A DNA stretch of 57,957 bases, taken from a virus. Taxonomy: Duplodnaviria > Caudoviricetes. The translations under genes and the position numbers were made by a program. Of the stretch, positions 56,053-57,957 are shown in pieces. Position 1 is the first letter of the stretch, and each line of letters begins with the position of its first letter. Location of the stretch: the IMG/VR virus record IMGVR_UViG_3300041583_000163, positions 1 through 57,957 of that record; one strand, written 5' to 3'. The notes beneath the pieces are model-generated. The model had not been told where the DNA came from, did no database searches, and saw nothing but the letters and a program-made list of their open reading frames with translations.

Positions 56053-57957
56053 ATGACAATCGAAGCTGTGCTGTCGGACGGACGCGTCCTTGAGTTTCCT
56101 GACGGCACGCCGTCTTCGGTCATACAAGCCACGGTCAAACGTCTGGTAGCAGCTGCGCCGAACCCCAACGCAAACAAGACGTTCCTCGGAGACATTGGCA
56201 CTTCGCTCAAACAGGGCGCATTGGGGTCTACCAAGGCGCTGACCAATGTGTTCGGCGCGGACAACGCGGCGTCTCGTGCACTCCAAGCGCGTGTGGATGC
56301 GGCCCAGACGGAGTTCAGTCCTGCGCGTCAGGAAGAGCTGAAGATGCAGGCCGAGCGCATGAAGGCCGCTGAGGCATCCGGCAGCATGATGGAAGAGATT
56401 AAGGCAGCTGCAAAAAGTGTTGCGGAGGCACCGCTGCAGTCTGCTGCCCAAGCCATCGGCTCATTCGCACCATATGTACCCGCCCTGATAGCAGGCCCTG
56501 GAGCGGCAGCACTGGGCTTAGCTGGAAGAAGTTTGGCTATTGCCAAGGCCATAACCAGGGTGGCCCCCAAGTACATCGGCACCGCACAAGGTATGGGCGC
56601 TGTCAAGGGCGCGATCTACGACGGCGTGTATCGAGAAGAGCTGAAAGCGGGCACCGACGACGCCGCTGCAAAGGCCAAGGCGCAGAAGGCACAGGAGTTC
56701 TTCGGAGCCAACCTAGACCAGATAGCATTGGGTGGGATATTCGGCCGGGTTGCAGCTTCTACAGGTCTTGAGCGGCTGCTTGTCCCCGGTGCTGTGCGTA
56801 CTGCAGGCGTTATCCCGCGTGTGCTGGGTACCGTAGTGCCCGAGGCGCTCGGCGAGGCGGCACAAGGTGGCCAAGAGCGATTGGCGCAGAACATAGCTTT
56901 GCAGCGCGAGGGCTTCGACGTCCCTACGCTGCGCGGTGTGGCCGGCGGTGCTACACAAGAAGGTCTTACCGGTGCCTTGGGTTCAGGTGTTGTGGCAGCT
57001 GCACTGGGGCCGACGGGTACACCACAGGGCACCCCACCGACTGCAAGCGATGCAGAGACCGCCCAAGAAGAAGCAGACCAGCGTGCACGTGAAGATGCGC
57101 GTGCAGCCGGCCGCACAGAGCGTGCTGATGCCGAGGTAGGCCCCGAGGCCATACGCGGACGCTCCTATGGAGACCTGACGCAGCAACTCGAAGCGCTTAA
57201 GACGCAGCGACGCACCCCTGACATCACGGAGCAGATGCGCCTAATTCGAGCGCAGATGAGCGAGATGAACGTGCAGTCGGTCAACGCGCAGCGTGAAGCC
57301 ACCATACAGGCCAGACGCGAGGCGGGCATGGCCGCGCGAAGTGCGTTTTCTGCCACAGACCCTCAGCAGGTTGAGATCGGTGGGCTTGGAAGGCCCGGTA
57401 TTGCCCCGCAGCCCGCAGCAGATGCGCAGCCCGTTGCGGCCACAACGCAAGAACTCGAGGCCGCTGGTCAAGAGCGCTTACCCCTGCGTCGAACACCTGA
57501 AGGCGTTGATACCTCGCCTGTCATACCCGAGCCCGTGTTGCGCACCAAACCCGAGAAGATCGCACCCCCCGAGATAAACGTCGAAGACGTCGGGGAAGGT
57601 GTTGTTAAGTACGGACAGGGCACCTCGGGGCAGACGTTTATCACCGAAGTGCTGGCGCTTCGAGAAGCGGGAACGCAGACGCCTGAAACACGCAAGGCAC
57701 TCGTTGGGAAGTCGACAAATAAGGCAGTCATATACGACGCCCTGATTCCTGAAGTGGCGCCTGTTGCGGATGCTGCCGCTGAGCCGGTTGATGCTGCGCC
57801 TGTTGCGGAAACTGCGCCTGTTGCGGATGCTGCGCCCGTTGATGCTGCGCCCGTTGATGCTGCGCCCGTTGATGCTGCGCCCGTTGATGCTGCGCCCGTT
57901 GATGCTGCGCCGACACCTACTGAGCCCCTCTTGACGGCGGGCACCGCTGAATCAAAC
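56053..57957 (+). CDS. N-terminal part of the large polyvalent/internal virion protein (continues into 1..3869)
   Basis: Open frame from ATG 56053 (MTIEAVLSDGRVLEFPDGTP...) to the window end, in frame with TTG 147; absent from the ORF track because it has no stop in the window. Confidence 0.85.
   Translation, partial: MTIEAVLSDGRVLEFPDGTPSSVIQATVKRLVAAAPNPNANKTFLGDIGTSLKQGALGSTKALTNVFGADNAASRALQARVDAAQTEFSPARQEELKMQAERMKAAEASGSMMEEIKAAAKSVAEAPLQSAAQAIGSFAPYVPALIAGPGAAALGLAGRSLAIAKAITRVAPKYIGTAQGMGAVKGAIYDGVYREELKAGTDDAAAKAKAQKAQEFFGANLDQIALGGIFGRVAASTGLERLLVPGAVRTAGVIPRVLGTVVPEALGEAAQGGQERLAQNIALQREGFDVPTLRGVAGGATQEGLTGALGSGVVAAALGPTGTPQGTPPTASDAETAQEEADQRAREDARAAGRTERADAEVGPEAIRGRSYGDLTQQLEALKTQRRTPDITEQMRLIRAQMSEMNVQSVNAQREATIQARREAGMAARSAFSATDPQQVEIGGLGRPGIAPQPAADAQPVAATTQELEAAGQERLPLRRTPEGVDTSPVIPEPVLRTKPEKIAPPEINVEDVGEGVVKYGQGTSGQTFITEVLALREAGTQTPETRKALVGKSTNKAVIYDALIPEVAPVADAAAEPVDAAPVAETAPVADAAPVDAAPVDAAPVDAAPVDAAPVDAAPTPTEPLLTAGTAESN
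57755..57957. repeat. Terminal overlap (right copy) with 5 copies of the 15-bp unit
   Basis: Matches 1-173 plus 30 bp. Confidence 0.95.

Overview
The window is an essentially complete, circularly permuted genome (~57.8 kb, GC-rich) of a tailed dsDNA phage, probably short-tailed (podovirus-like). Bases 1-173 repeat bases 57755-57957, except that the end has two extra copies of a 15-bp unit. The genome has two arms that diverge near 28.0-28.5 kb. The minus-strand arm (27997 to 3850) carries a dense early accessory region followed by replication genes: family A DNA polymerase with Leu762, Cas4-like nuclease, SNF2 helicase, putative SSB, primase-helicase and VRR-NUC. The plus-strand arm (28508 through the junction to 3869) carries terminase, portal, GroES-like protein, scaffold, Mu gpT-like capsid, small basic proteins, tail genes, holin, GH19 endolysin, ejection proteins and a ~1860-aa polyvalent protein that spans the junction. 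Three free-standing homing-endonuclease-like genes are present. I recognised no integrase, RNA polymerase, reverse transcriptase or tRNA. Most notable: (1) six near-identical 31-bp hairpin elements divide the early region into gene cassettes; (2) a ~700-nt apparently non-coding segment has nested long-range helices; (3) a 7-bladed beta-propeller tail gene has near-identical blades that vary mainly at five AAY-compatible codons; (4) an HNH insertion appears to have replaced the 3' end of its host gene and left the old end as a relic; (5) a double-pseudoknot RNA candidate lies downstream of the capsid gene. All family assignments come from reading motifs by eye, not from database searches.
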